Below are positions 50,886-63,570 of a DNA stretch of 64,000 bases, in pieces. The DNA is from Monocercomonoides exilis PA203 (Eukaryota > Protista > Preaxostyla). Where the stretch lies: assembly GCA_001643675.2 (NCBI GenBank), contig LSRY02000011.1:62001-126000 (forward strand), in the 5' to 3' direction. Position 1 is the stretch's first letter. Each line of letters opens with the position of its first letter. The position numbers and the translations under genes were made by a program. The notes beneath the pieces are model-generated. The model saw nothing but the letters and a program-made list of their open reading frames with translations. It searched no databases and was not told where the DNA came from.

Positions 50886-53800
50886 AAAACCCGAACATTT
50901 GCAAAAACCCGCACATATCATCTTGAATAAAAAAAATGTTGTTGAAAATTGATAAAATGATGTTCATTTTTGTTAAAACTCAATGTCGTTTTCAAAAATT
51001 CATTTTCGTTCTTGAAAATTAACTATTTTGGTTCAATTTTCAGTTGATGAAAATTTTTGATACTTCTCATTTTTATTTTGATGTTATCTTTCATTTATTT
51101 CATTCTTTTTTGTTTGCAACAAATATCACTCAACTTTTGAAGAATTTTTGTCTTTGACATCTTTTTATAATGCGAAGTGAAAAAAACAGAAAAATTGAAA
51201 TCTTTTCTCAAATAATAAAATGCCAAAGAATTAACTGAAAATATAAATACATTCTTACAGCGAAACATTGAAAATTACTTCTATAACATGAAAAAAATAG
51301 GAAAATAATAACATTTATCTTATTTTCTTATTAAGCTGAAAAAAATATGAAAAAAGTCAATAGATGAAATAGATGAGATTCCATAGAATACCATTATTGC
51401 ATTATAACTTCAAATGGAAATGAAATTGCAGATTTATCATAATTACGATCATCACATTATTTTCAATCAAAACAATGGGTCCAAAACCCATAATAAAATT
51501 ATTTCTATCCAACAATGTTTCAGAAATTATTAAACTTTGAAGAACCGCATTTATGTGGTTTGTTCTTCGTGTTTGATTTTGATTTTGATATCAAAAAAAT
51601 AATATTTTGCTCTTTTCATAGACAATAGCACGATAATTTGTAGTGAATTTTTTTCGACAAGTTTTTCAATGAAATAAGTTTATTTTTATTGTTGCAGGTT
51701 TGTGGATCACTTATTTTCTTTGTCGAAAAATTTAGTACATTGACTATTATGCGATTTATTTTTTTAATCTGGAAATGAAATATATTGTTTTTCTCTTTTG
51801 TTTTTCTTTTTTCAAAAACGTTTTTTTTTCTTTTTCTTCTGAAAATTTTTGTTTCTTTTCAGTGAAAATGCTTATCCTTGCTTTTAAAGAAAAAATAGAG
51901 TCATCCTGATTCTTAATCAAGAATTATTGAAACTTGTAGTTGGAAACAACCCCATTAACAAAATGTTTGACAATCACATTGCATAGTGATTTCCTGAATG
52001 ATTATTGTTTGATTTGAAGAGATTGAAAAGGTTTGTTATGTTTTACAACTTTTCACGAAAGTTAATTTCTCACAAATCATTTCTTTGGATTATTTTCACT
52101 TTCATCAGAATCCGTAAAAAGAACATATTGCTCGGATAACCTTTTGGGCAAACCTTTCACTGATCTCATGGAATATTATTTGTGCAATTTTTTTCCATCC
52201 GAATCTTCTTCTTCGTTGGTTGATGAAAGATCTTCTTCTATATATTCGCTGCTGTCTAGATCTCTTTTTTTCTTTTCTTTCGATTTGTTTAATCTGTTGG
52301 AATGATGATCAGTCTCTGAAGATTCATCTTCAGAATAATTAGAAGAACTCGATAAATCAGTCACTTGTTTTCGACCATCAGGTTCATCCAAATGATCTGA
52401 CCGGCACAGAATCAGTCTTTTCTGTTTGTTTTTTCTTCTGAAAACACGAACGACCAAAATATTTTCTTCCCCTTCTTGTGAATCAGTTGGATCTGATTCG
52501 AAATCTGTTGAACATGAGTTATCGTTAGGCTCAGTATCGTCGCTAGTGTTTTCATTAGAAGTGATGTTTGAAAGCTTTGAATCAGTAGATATTATTTTTG
52601 AAGATGAAGGTCTTTCCTTTTTATTTTTAATCGTTTTTTGATTAATATTTGTTATGTGAACATTCTCAACTCTTTCATCATCACAAATAGACTTTTTCTC
52701 TTCAAAAGCTTGCCATTCCTTCAGAACTGCTGTTGATGTAATTAGTTTACCAGAGATGGACCATCGGTTCGTCTGTCTAGCCGGTTTTACGCCGAAAGGT
52801 AAGTAATCCAAAGTGCGCCTCAGTACATGAGATATTCGAGAAGACGTTATTCCAGCTTCGTAGAACCAATGCCGTATTACTCTTGGGGCCATCGCGTAAT
52901 AAGAGCAATCTGCGATGGCTTGGACAAAAGGTAAAAATTCTGTTTTCATTTTGCTCACACTTGGTTCATTTCGAACATTTTTCAATTGCTTTTTGAGTGC
53001 CGCATTAGGTCCGAGATCAAGTGGCTGAAGGATATGGGATGAATGTGCTGGTAGCACAACGACATCCACGTTTTCTTCAGAAAACTTTTGCCACAGCTGG
53101 ATATTTTGTCTTGAAGAATGGCCGTCAAGAATAATTAAAGCAGAAGGAAATGAATGGCTTGTTTTTTCTTCAGATATTTTTTCATGTTGAGTTATTTCTT
53201 TTTTCGATAAGTTTGCTTTCGGCAGATGAGCGTCATTCTTTATCCACCAATCTCTATTATCGTCTTCTTCAAATAGAAATATTCCTTCATCAGAACAATT
53301 TGAATGAGTTTCATCATGAAAGCTTGAAATTACACAATAACATCAACTTTAGGAAATCCATCTGATGGAATTTGAAAACTCTTTTTGATTCGAAAAGAAT
53401 TTTCAAACTCTGAAAATTCTTTCAAAGTGTCAGATACGGATTGGTGCAGTTGCTGCAACGCTTGTATTCCGTCTCCTTCCGAATGCATTGTATTCGAAAG
53501 TTCCAGTTTGTCAGAACATATGGATTCCTTGTGACTTTTTTCATTATCACAATGATCTTTGGATTTTGGGGGTTTTGTCGGTGAATCTGAGTTATATAAT
53601 GGAAATAGTTCTGATCGAGCTGATGAATGCAATACAATAGATTCATGATCGTCTGCGTCTTGAAAATTTTGTTGTGTTGTTTTTTCACCAGTTTCATTCT
53701 TTTTCATTTTCTGTTCGCAATTTTCTAACCTTTTTTCTTTCGTTTTCAATTCACCAGATTTCTTTTGGCATATTTCATATTGATATTGTAGTATTCTTTC

Positions 53801-54836
53801 CACAATTTTTCTTTGCTTCTGTATGAAAGGAAGAACATGTTCTAACATAATTTTTTCAAACAGTTCCTTTGTCATCCATCCTTTTTGAGAAGAATGCAAT
53901 ACAAACGAATCGTCATTCCATTGTTCGTTTATTTCTTTTTCATAATTTGAACTTAAAAGAAGATGAGAGGGGAGATGATATCCATCAGCTCTCACGATGA
54001 ATAAAAGAGTTAAATGACGAAGAGGAGGTGTTTCTAAACATGGCAAGTATTTGCATTTTTCATTAGCAATTCTTTTCCTATGATGAAGACAATTGGACTG
54101 ACAACTTGTTTCGTCCAATTGTAATATTAATGAAGGATGGTATTTTTTCTTCAGCATCAAAGTTCGCAAATGAGAAAGAAAAGACTGTATATTTTCTTTT
54201 AACGATGCTCTCAAGCGTGCATGATCAAGTCGAACTGGATTTATAATGCGCAATTGTTTTTGCCTAGATAAAAAATCGTAAACCCATCTTAAACTCGGTG
54301 TTTCGATATATTCAGAAGAGGCCGGAGATCTTTCGATTCGAATTTGTCTTGCCTTGATTGGGAAAAAAAGTTTAAAATTTCAAAATAAAAAAATCATACT
54401 TAAAAAAGAATGTCATAAACTTATGGCTGCTTCAAAACATTGTGCCAATTCAATATAATTTGAACAAGCTTCTCTTCTTCTTCCTTTGTCAAATATCGTG
54501 GCCTTCCATTTATACCAGATATCTCACCGCGAGATTCCATTCTATATGCTCTGTTTCTTCGAAAATATTCTTTTCTGGAATTATTCATATTTTCTGTCTT
54601 CACTTTTTGCATTTCAAAAATTTGGATATTTTCTATTGACTGATTTCTGCAATATCTTTGGCTTTTTGAGAATAAAATATGGTATTTCTCCCATTATAAC
54701 AAATGCATTTTCATTCATATTAAAAATTCGTTCATAATTTTATGTGTTTATTAAAAAAACTTTAATTTAACAATATAAAATTTATGATGTTTCCAAAAAT
54801 CCAAAGAGTGCGGGTTTTTGCAAATGTTCGGGTTTT
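50886..54836 (-). mobile_element. pogo-like (Tc1/mariner superfamily, DD35D) DNA transposon
   Basis: Perfect 29 bp TIR AAAACCCGAACATTTGCAAAAACCCGCAC (50886-50914 / 54808-54836) enclosing a DDE_1 transposase. The outermost termini and TSD are degenerate. Confidence 0.92.
52176..54718 (-). pseudogene. DDE_1/pogo transposase (disrupted)
   Basis: CENP-B-type HTH region GRPRYLTKEEEEKL..SLRWVYDFLSR; D1 LQLDETS; KGWMT; D2 LIILDGHSSR; D3 HSSHILQPLD (35 aa spacing). In-frame stop at 54421 and a frameshift at ~53335. Confidence 0.9.
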
Positions 54837-55177
54837 CGCACACATCAATAATATTGTGTGTGTTGAACAGATGCATTTAGCTCATAATACATGTTAACTT
54901 TTTTTTCCTTTTTCATAAGTTGACAAAATTATTTTAGATTACAAAAAGGAATAAGAAAAATAAAAAATTTAATTATCAAATTGTTTTAATTTAAAAGGAT
55001 TTGAGTAATAACAAAAATGAATTAAAGTGATCCAACAAGTGCGAACATAATGTTGAATTCATCTTTTGGATTTTTATTTTGAAATGCATGCAATTACTAA
55101 TATTGTTCTTTTCGATTATTTTATCCGATCCTTTTTTCATTGAGTAAATTAATGGTAAGATCAAACTTCCTTTTCGC

Positions 55178-55553
55178 ATGTCAAGCGATTTGCTCTGTAC
55201 TTACTTAAAAGTATCAGCTTATTTCGAACCTATTCCAGTTCACGTTGGTTTGTTTTGCTGTTAGGATGAATGATTTACATTTTTATAGATTTTGTATGTT
55301 CATCGGATGGATGGAAGAAACATGCGATGATTTATGACCAGGAGCAAAAAAAGTGGGTGATACAGTTTGACTATTATCCTCGAGGAAAGCATCAATGTAA
55401 GTTTTGTATTGATGGCTATTTGGTTTGCTTTGTTTCTAAAAGTACCAATTTAATAAATATTTGAATAATTATTTTATTTAGTGGAAATGTTTGGATAATT
55501 TACCAAAAGCTTATGATTCATCGGGAAACGAAAACAATGAAATTGAAGTTTAA
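55178..55553 (+). CDS. small stand-alone glycogen-binding domain protein (CBM48/AMPK-beta-type)
   Basis: Three exons give ..SSDGWKKHAMI..WVIQFDYYPRGKHQCKFCIDGY^WKCLDNLPKAYDSSGNENNEIEV, matching the G.h.yKF.vDG.W..D..GN.NN.I.V pattern. Confidence 0.85.
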
Positions 55554-56109
55554 TTATTAATCAACAATGTTTTTAAATCATTTCCTTTTCACTTCCATTT
55601 TCATCTCATCACACACATAAATTTTTTTTCGAGACAATAAGTATTTTTTTCTCGTTAAATTATTTTTATACATTCTTCTGTTCATTTGCTTGCGTTTTTG
55701 TTTTGTTCATTTCCCATTTCCTCCTCCCAAACATTCTCAATGAGCAAATCTGCAGAGTTGAAATTTCTTTTTTCCACGAAAAATGCACTCAAAAAAGTTT
55801 AAAATGTACATTTTATGTTATAATGAATAAATAAAATTAAAAATTAAGAAAAAAAAGTTTGAATGCTACGTTCTGTTCAAAAGAAAAATGAAGAAAAAAT
55901 CAACATTGTCCTTTAAAGGCTAAAGTACGAAAACACATATCATAAAATAGCAATAAATGCATGCTTTATAAATGGGAAAAAATACAATAATCTAAAAGGA
56001 CAGAAGAGAAAAGATCTCTCTCTCTCTCTCTCGTTAAAAATCAAAATATCAAATATCACGAAAACAAAAAGAAAAAAAAAAAAGGAAAACTTAGTTAGAA
56101 ATTGAACAG

Positions 56110-57034
56110 TTACAATTGTGATTGTGAAGGAAGACCAGAAGCAGACGGAGGAACATATCCTGTTGATGCTTCATAAGAAGTTGTTGTAATTGAAGAAGCA
56201 GAAGTTTGATTTTGCATTTGAGGTACATTTTCCCTTGTAAATTGCTTACAAATATATGCACAAACATAAAAATAACAATGAAATTTGAAAGAATGATTAA
56301 ATTATATTCAAAGAAAAAAATTTTAAATTAATGATTCAATATTTTAATAGCATAATAAAATCACAAACATCTTTCATCTTTTGATCATCTGGATCAGCAC
56401 GAAGGAAAGTGCTAATAAAATATATCGCACCCACAACGCAAGACCAAATTCCTGTTGCATATCCAGGCCAGACTTGCTCTCCAATACGAAGACCAAAACA
56501 CAGCGTTCCAGCACTAAATAAAAAATCATTTCGATTTCAAGTATAACATAATTAATAATTAATTGCACATACAAAGCCATAAAGAAAGCACGGTATCTTC
56601 TTGTCATGAGAAACGGAAAATATTTTAAGAATTTATTCCATTTAAACTCAGCGAAAAATAATAATGCTCCAAAGAATCTAATAAATATATATAAATAAAT
56701 AGATAGATAGATATGAGGATATAATTTATTGCGATACCACAAACATTAAATATAATGCAAAGAATATTGAAACAAGTCTGAAAGTTTTGAAGTATACAAA
56801 AGAAAGAATTCCCACTGCTATTAACAGAGGACCAGTCAAAAGAACACAAGTCTTAATTACTGTTAAAAATGCGCCAAGGTAATCCATTTTTGATGACGAA
56901 TTTCCCTGAGCTGGCTGCCCTAACTGAACATTTTGAGGAACTTGTTGTTGAACTGGATCAGGATATGTCGAAGCTATTGTCGCAGAATTTTCAGAGGCCA
57001 TACTTAATGGCTGATTTTGTGGGGGATACTGCAT
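56110..57034 (-). CDS. COPI-associated/TVP15-like 4-TM Golgi protein
   Basis: Exons give ALYLM..FFGALLFFAEFKW..LKYFPFLMTRRYRAFF..GTLCFG, a pattern typical of the COPI_assoc family. Confidence 0.75.
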
Positions 57035-57369
57035 TTAAATACTTATTAATTTTTGAGTATTTAATGTTTTTTAATATTTTGATCATAACCTAAATAAGTA
57101 TTTTTGGACAGAATCATTAAACAGCTTCAAAAACAGCATTCTCAATTTTTGAAGTGTTTTTATTAATTAAAAAAATGATTGAAATATTTTAATGATTGTA
57201 ATTTTCAAACTTTAACTTTTTGATAGAAATACTCTCTCCTTTAAGTTATTGAAGTTTGATGTAATGAAATATCTTAAAGGAAAAATTGAAGGAAACATGA
57301 TCAATAAGAAGTATACAAATTAAAAAAAAAATGTGAAAGAAAAATTTTAAAAGTGTATATGAATTGAAA

Positions 57370-58240
57370 TTAGAACAATGATGTTCCTTGTGAATGGTCA
57401 TCTTCTTCACTCACAGTTATATCTTCTTCTCTAATTGGCGGAACAATTGAATCATCTGTAACAACCTCTCTTTCATTGCTTTGAACCTTTTTTATATTTG
57501 CCTCATTCTTTAGCCTTTTGTATATGTCAATTGTGACAAATGTTCCAAAAACTGTTGCTATTGTAACTCCAATCCACATTAAAATATCTGCCACTCTCAC
57601 AAAAACAGTGCTATATTCGCCAATAAATACAGCAGTCATTACAAGATACTCAACGATAACATAAACGCACAACAGTACTTAATATTAGACAGCAACAATT
57701 GAATATAAAAAATGAAAAGAACATAATATTTAAAGAAAATTTTAGTTCTTCAACAAATGCATCAAACCTTGTCCAAAAAGTAATATTCGTTTCTTCAAAG
57801 CAACACCGAGAAGCGAAAATAATGCTCCAGTAACTGAAAAAAATGAAAAAAAAATCTTTTTTTTCACAAAATCAAAAAAACGTCCATACAGTAAACACCG
57901 GTAGCGCAAATATCAATAAAATGAACAAAGTGATAATATTTTGGATAGGAGGTTGCAGCTACAATGTGATAAATAAGCATCCATCCAGCTGAAAAATTAT
58001 AAATTAAAAAATCAACAAATTAGATATAATTTAAAGAACTCATGCCATATAAAGCACCAATTACAATTTCAATAATCTTTGCCGCTTTGTAATACTTTAT
58101 GGTCTTTGAAGAATTCCTTTCAGAAATAAAAAATATTATTGCACAAATTCCAAGGCCTATCATCCACAGTATCTTTATGGCCCCGTCTCCATTTAATATT
58201 CTATTTAACTATTTTGCAAGCAATGAAAAATTTCAAGTCA
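57370..58240 (-). CDS. hypothetical multi-pass membrane protein (multi-exon)
   Basis: Several hydrophobic exons separated by AT-rich introns and ending in an acidic tail. The 5' end and one frame junction are uncertain. Confidence 0.55.
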
Positions 58241-58560
58241 AAATTAAAAGAAACCTCTTTTTCAGTTGCCATTTATCTTTAATAGAATTATGCCATCTTT
58301 GATCGAAAACTTTTTTCTTCCAATCACACGAGAAAGAAGTTATAATATGCAACATAACAATTTTTACATGAACAAAAATATTTCATTATTGTATTTTTTC
58401 TTTTTGAAGAGCACCCGAAAATCTTCTGACACGCTATATTCGATCCAGACGAGATTAGACTTTCCTTTGACCTTTTTCATTTCATGTTCATTTTTGTGGC
58501 ATATAACAATTTCAATTTTAATGTAAAGATAAAGATTAAAAAAAAAGATATTGAGAATAA

Positions 58561-61500
58561 CTAAAATGGAGGGGCTATTGTCAAAGAAGAAGAAGACAGT
58601 TGATTTATGGAAGAGTCACTCCTCTGCTCACAATCGCTTTCGTCGCTGTTTTTGTTCCAAACAGAAGGCAAATAGCGCAACGGCAGTGGAGGGACAGGCG
58701 AAAGAAAAGAATGCAACGTGTCTGACTGGCGAAGATAATTGTGTGATGAAGAAGAATACGGTGCTTTGGATGATGCTGCAGAATGACGTTTGTGGTTGTG
58801 CTTTGAATGGTGCTTAGAAGAAGAGGAGGAGGAGGAAGAGGAAGAGGAGGAAGAGGAAGAGGAAGATAATGATGAGATCGCAGCTGTTATTGAAGAAGAA
58901 GATAATAATAAATTTGCATCTGGCAATGTTTTCTTTTTGACACCATTCAAATTAGATTTGACAGGAACAGAATAAGAGAAAGAGGTATCAGAAGGAGCTT
59001 GTGAGCATATTGAATGTTCTGAAGAAGGAGAAGAAACAACATTTGGCTTCTCCAAACGAAACTTCAGATTGTCATTGACAGAGCTTGATGATGAGTTCAT
59101 CTGCTGATCTGCTTCTTTCTCTTTCTCTTTTCCTTTTTCTTTCTTATCTTTTTCTTCATCAGAATTGTGTTTTTGTAATTCAATAGATGCTCTTCTTTTC
59201 CTTTCTTCTTTCTTTTCCTTCTTTTCCTTTTTCTCTTTCTTTTCTTTCTTTTTTTCATTTCTGTTGATGCTTCTATCTTCTTCCTCATCCCAGTCGCTTT
59301 CATCATCGTCATCATCATCATTCATTTTGTTCTTTTTCTTCCAACTTTCCTCTTTCCTTTCTCTTCCTCTCCTTCTGCTTCCTTTCCTTTTCTGCATATC
59401 ATCTTCATTTTCCATATGTTTTGAATGATTTTCCTTTTTCACTCTGTTGAATGGACGATGCTTCACATTTGACATTTGCACACAAAATGGCTTGTGGACA
59501 GTTGAATTTGAAGGATTGGCACTCAAATTGCGTTTGACAGACAGCAAAAGCTCTTCAATGCGATGCAGTTTGCGTGAAAGACGCTTCTTCGAAGGAGGAA
59601 GAGAAGAAGAAGAAGAAGAAGAAGAAGAAGAAGAAGAAGAAGAAGAAGAAGAAGAAGAAGAAGAAGAAGAAGAAGAAGAAGAAGAAGAAGCAACAAATGA
59701 ATCATCAACAGAATGTGAAAGAAGATTTTTATTGTTGTGCTTTGATGATCTTGTCTTGCTAACAGAAGATGATTTGACATGAGAACATGTCAAATTTCTT
59801 TCAGAATGCATTGAGCGACGTGAATGTTCAGAAAAATGTCTGAACTTTCTCTTTTCTTGCTGTGAAACAATTGATGAGTCTGATGATAAATCATCATCTT
59901 GTTTTGGAGAAGGCAAATGATGATGATGATGATGAAGGTGATGGTGATGATGCTTCAAAAGATAACCAATTCTTCCTTTGGTTTGCTTCTGATGTTCTCT
60001 TTTGTGTGAACAAGGTTCATTCAACTTCTTGTTATGCTGTCTGCTTCTTTCATTTGGCATCTCTTCAGATTGCGATGAAATTTGAGGAAGATCTTCCTCT
60101 TCTGTTCTGAGTGAATGACAACGTGTCGAATCTAAATCAGTTTGAGAAGAAGAAGAAGAAGAAGAAGATGTTGATGATGAAGAAGATGCTGAAGAAGAAG
60201 AAGAAGAAGAAGTTGCATTTTGAGCAGAATGAGGTGTTGAGACGATGACATGATCAGGTGTTGTGTTGATGACTGGAGACAAAGAAAGAGACGAAGGCAT
60301 TGGATTGGATGGAGTGAGGGTGTATGATGGATGCGATGGAGTGGAAGAAGAAGAAGAAGAAGAAGAGGAGGAGGAGGAGGAAGAAGAAGATGGCAATGTA
60401 ACATTTGTGAATAAAGCAGGAGCAGCAATGATCGAACTTAAGCTTTCTGAGCAGAATGGAATGTTCTGTTTGTTTTGAGTGTCGAATGAGAATTGAATGT
60501 GAAGGGGAGGTGTTTTTGTGCGGTGGGCAGAGACAACACTTGTGGAAAGAGGAGCATTCAAAGAAGAAGAAGAAGAAGATGATGATGATGATGCTGAAGG
60601 ATGAGAAGAAGAAGAAGAAGAAGAAAGAGAAGAAGAAGAAGATGATGATGAAATTGAATCACTTATTTGTTTTGAATGCAGATTTGTGTCTCTCTCGTTT
60701 GTTGTATTGTTTGAAGGGGTAGAATGAAAAGAAGGATTTTCCACAGAAAGCGAAGAAGGGAAATAAGAAGGGGTTGAAGTGACATAAAAAGGGGAAGAAG
60801 GAAAAGAGTTTGAAATGACAAGAGGATTGAGAGGAGTTTGAGAGGAAGAGGTTGATTTCTTGTTGGCTGTTGATATTCTTCTTTCTTGTTTGGACTCATC
60901 AACAGACACTAATTCTTTCTCTGCTTCATTTTCTTTTATTTCCTTTTCTTCTTCTACTTCTTCTTCTCCTCCTCCTTTCTCATTCTCATTCTCTTCTTCT
61001 TCTTCTTCTTCTTCAATTGTCTTTTCTGAAATCAACGTGTTTAAAGAAGAAGAAGAAGACGAAGCAGAAACTGAAGCAGAAGAAGAAGTTCGAATTGTCC
61101 CTTTGCTTGCCGTTCCATCAAAATTTGCTTCTTCATCACTTTCATATTCCTTCTTCCTTTTCTTTCTCTTCTTCTTCTTTTTGATTGAAGGAGAAGAACT
61201 GAAAAGAGGAGATATTTCTGAAGAAGAAGAAGACGATGATGGAGCATTCTTTGAATTATCTTTCATATTCTTCACATTCTTTGCAACTTTCGTCTTTTTG
61301 TCTCTTTTCTTATTTTCATTCCTTTCTTCCTGTGTTCCATTTGATTGCAGCATTTCCTTTGGACAAGAAGACGAAGATGACTTTTGTTGAATTTGAGGGA
61401 TGAACTGAGAAGAAGGAGAGAGAAAAGGATTTGGAGACAGAAATTGATTGAAATATGGCTGAGATGATTGAAATGGAGAATTCGAAGGAGAAGAAAGAGG

Positions 61501-63570
61501 AAGAGGAAAGGGAAAGGGAAAGGGAAAGGGAAAGGGAAAGGGAGAGGAAGAGAGGAAAGAAGGTGTTTGCATCTGAAGATAAGGCTGAAATGAAAGAGGC
61601 GAAATGGCATTGGGGAAGTGCTGCTGATGAGGTGTTGGATTTGACAGAAAAGAGGAATTTGAGGAAGGAGAAGAGAATGAAATGGAAGAAGAAGAAGAAG
61701 AAGAAGAAGAAGAAGATGATGATGATGATGAAGATGAAGATGAAGTGTGTAGAGGAGATGAATAAGGAATGAAATGTGAATGTGAATGTGAATGAAAAGG
61801 TGAATGCAAAGGTGAATGTGTTTGTGTTTGTGTGTCATTTGCTGTTCTGTGAGGTGTCATCATCGACAGCTGAGCAATCAGCATCTGCTGCTGTTTCTGT
61901 TGCATCTGCCAATTCCATTCAGACTGCTGGCTTTGGAGTGACACACGTATCAGTTCTGAGGCCATCGCTGACATCTGCTGCTGCAACAGAAGATTCTCTT
62001 TTTGTGTCTGCTGCATTTGTTGAATCTGTTGTATTTGCTGTATTTGTTGTATTTGTTGGTATTGTTGCATCTGCTGCTGTATTTGCTGTTGCAACAGCAT
62101 CTGCGCCATTCTTTCTTCTTCTTCTTCCTCTTTCGCTCTCTCTTGCAGCATCAGACATTCCCACGCCTGCTGGTCCATTTCTGCCGGCACAGCTAAATTT
62201 GATTGCGGGTCAACTTCATTTGTTTTGCTAACCTTTTGTTTTTTGATCAAATTCTTCTTCTTCTTCTTGTTTTTCTCATCGTGCTTAGTGGAAAGAGAAG
62301 GAGTTAAAGAAGAAGAAGAGTGAAGAGCATTAGATGTCTTGTTATCTTCTTTTTCCTCTTTGTTTTGCTGTTGTTTTTGAAGCTCATTCAGAATATGCTG
62401 ATCGCTCAAATGGAGCTTCATCAGTTTGTTGATCTGCTCCGTCTCTTTGAATGAGGACGATATCTGAGAGGATGTTTCACTGGAAAGCGTGGCCTCTGAA
62501 GAGGAAGAAGAAGAAGAAAATGAAGAGCTTGAAGAAGAAGAAGAAGAGGAGGAGGAGGAAGAAGAAGAAGAAATAGAAGTCTGAGAATCTTCTGACAAAT
62601 CATGTGATTCAGACATTTCCCTCCTCTTTTCTTCTTCTTCTTTTTCGTTTTCTCCTTTTTCTTTTGAAAGAAATGGTGTTGACAATTCAGAAGCATCATT
62701 CAAAAAGGGAGCATCTTTGTGCATTTTGTTGCTGTTTGTTTTGGGTTCTTTTCTGAATTTTTCCATTTTTCCATTTTTTCTTGTTGAAGATTCCTTTCCT
62801 GATGAGTGCTCAGACGGCGAAAAAGAACTGGAAGCGGTTGTTTGATGCAAAGAAATAGTATTATTCTTTCTATCCCATAGATTGCTCTGCTCTTTTAGAT
62901 GAGTATTAGCTTTGATAATGTTAATAGCCTTATTCTGTGGTGGAGTTGAAAGCGATGAAAGGAGCGACAATGAAGATAAAGTCGATAAAGAAGATGACGG
63001 AGAGGACTTATTATGATAAGATTGTTGAGGAAATGAAGACGATGTTACGGAAGACGACGATGTAGAAGGTATTGAACTGATATTGGAGTTTGAACCAGAA
63101 GATGAAGAGAAAGAAATCGGAGAAAGATACGATAAAGATGAATCTGTTGTTGGAGATGATATAGATAAAATTTGCGATGCATCCTCAAAATCCGATTTTT
63201 GAGAATGCATATTAAATTGATTTTGGGGAGTTGAAGAAATTGATTGCGTCAAGGAAATTGAAGGAGAAACCAAAGGAGATGAAATTGGATGCAAAGGTGG
63301 CTTTTCAGCTGAGCCAGGAACCTTAATATCTTTATTATTAGTTGGAGTACTAAGAAATACAGATGGGGAAGGAAAAAACGATGAGGGATATTGCCTCGCT
63401 GGAGTTTCAGAATCAAAGTCTGTAAAAGTTGAACTTTCATCTTCAATGACCGTTTGAGGGATTGAATCTCCAACAATCGGTGAAAATTGAGGAGACGGAA
63501 ACTCGCGAACGGATTTTATTACTCCATTTCTAGGAGGAGTTTTAAAGTTCTCCACTAAAATAAACAACAT
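58561..63570 (-). CDS. very large low-complexity (poly-S, poly-Q, poly-H, K/E-rich) hypothetical protein; main exon
   Basis: 1669-codon open frame. A probable acceptor lies near 63555, so a short upstream exon is likely. Confidence 0.8.
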   Translation of the reverse strand: MLFILVENFKTPPRNGVIKSVREFPSPQFSPIVGDSIPQTVIEDESSTFTDFDSETPARQYPSSFFPSPSVFLSTPTNNKDIKVPGSAEKPPLHPISSPLVSPSISLTQSISSTPQNQFNMHSQKSDFEDASQILSISSPTTDSSLSYLSPISFSSSSGSNSNISSIPSTSSSSVTSSSFPQQSYHNKSSPSSSLSTLSSLSLLSSLSTPPQNKAINIIKANTHLKEQSNLWDRKNNTISLHQTTASSSFSPSEHSSGKESSTRKNGKMEKFRKEPKTNSNKMHKDAPFLNDASELSTPFLSKEKGENEKEEEEKRREMSESHDLSEDSQTSISSSSSSSSSSSSSSSSSFSSSSSSSEATLSSETSSQISSSFKETEQINKLMKLHLSDQHILNELQKQQQNKEEKEDNKTSNALHSSSSLTPSLSTKHDEKNKKKKKNLIKKQKVSKTNEVDPQSNLAVPAEMDQQAWECLMLQERAKEEEEEERMAQMLLQQQIQQQMQQYQQIQQIQQIQQIQQMQQTQKENLLLQQQMSAMASELIRVSLQSQQSEWNWQMQQKQQQMLIAQLSMMTPHRTANDTQTQTHSPLHSPFHSHSHSHFIPYSSPLHTSSSSSSSSSSSSSSSSSSSSISFSSPSSNSSFLSNPTPHQQHFPNAISPLSFQPYLQMQTPSFLSSSPFPFPFPFPFPFPLPLSSPSNSPFQSSQPYFNQFLSPNPFLSPSSQFIPQIQQKSSSSSCPKEMLQSNGTQEERNENKKRDKKTKVAKNVKNMKDNSKNAPSSSSSSSEISPLFSSSPSIKKKKKRKKRKKEYESDEEANFDGTASKGTIRTSSSASVSASSSSSSLNTLISEKTIEEEEEEEENENEKGGGEEEVEEEKEIKENEAEKELVSVDESKQERRISTANKKSTSSSQTPLNPLVISNSFPSSPFYVTSTPSYFPSSLSVENPSFHSTPSNNTTNERDTNLHSKQISDSISSSSSSSSLSSSSSSSHPSASSSSSSSSSSLNAPLSTSVVSAHRTKTPPLHIQFSFDTQNKQNIPFCSESLSSIIAAPALFTNVTLPSSSSSSSSSSSSSSSSTPSHPSYTLTPSNPMPSSLSLSPVINTTPDHVIVSTPHSAQNATSSSSSSSASSSSSTSSSSSSSSQTDLDSTRCHSLRTEEEDLPQISSQSEEMPNERSRQHNKKLNEPCSHKREHQKQTKGRIGYLLKHHHHHLHHHHHHLPSPKQDDDLSSDSSIVSQQEKRKFRHFSEHSRRSMHSERNLTCSHVKSSSVSKTRSSKHNNKNLLSHSVDDSFVASSSSSSSSSSSSSSSSSSSSSSSSSSSSSLPPSKKRLSRKLHRIEELLLSVKRNLSANPSNSTVHKPFCVQMSNVKHRPFNRVKKENHSKHMENEDDMQKRKGSRRRGRERKEESWKKKNKMNDDDDDDESDWDEEEDRSINRNEKKKEKKEKKEKKEKKEERKRRASIELQKHNSDEEKDKKEKGKEKEKEADQQMNSSSSSVNDNLKFRLEKPNVVSSPSSEHSICSQAPSDTSFSYSVPVKSNLNGVKKKTLPDANLLLSSSSITAAISSLSSSSSSSSSSSSSSSSSKHHSKHNHKRHSAASSKAPYSSSSHNYLRQSDTLHSFLSPVPPLPLRYLPSVWNKNSDESDCEQRSDSSINQLSSSSLTIAPPF
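59603..59690. repeat. (GAA)n microsatellite, ~29 units, encoding poly-Ser on the minus strand
   Basis: Uninterrupted GAA run. Confidence 0.95.

Noticed and set aside
15496-54423. TAA/TAG read as Gln, as in some oxymonads
   Set aside because: In-frame TAAs occur in loci that also have frameshifts. The 1299 and 1669 codon Gln-containing frames have none, and intact genes end in TAA, TAG or TGA.
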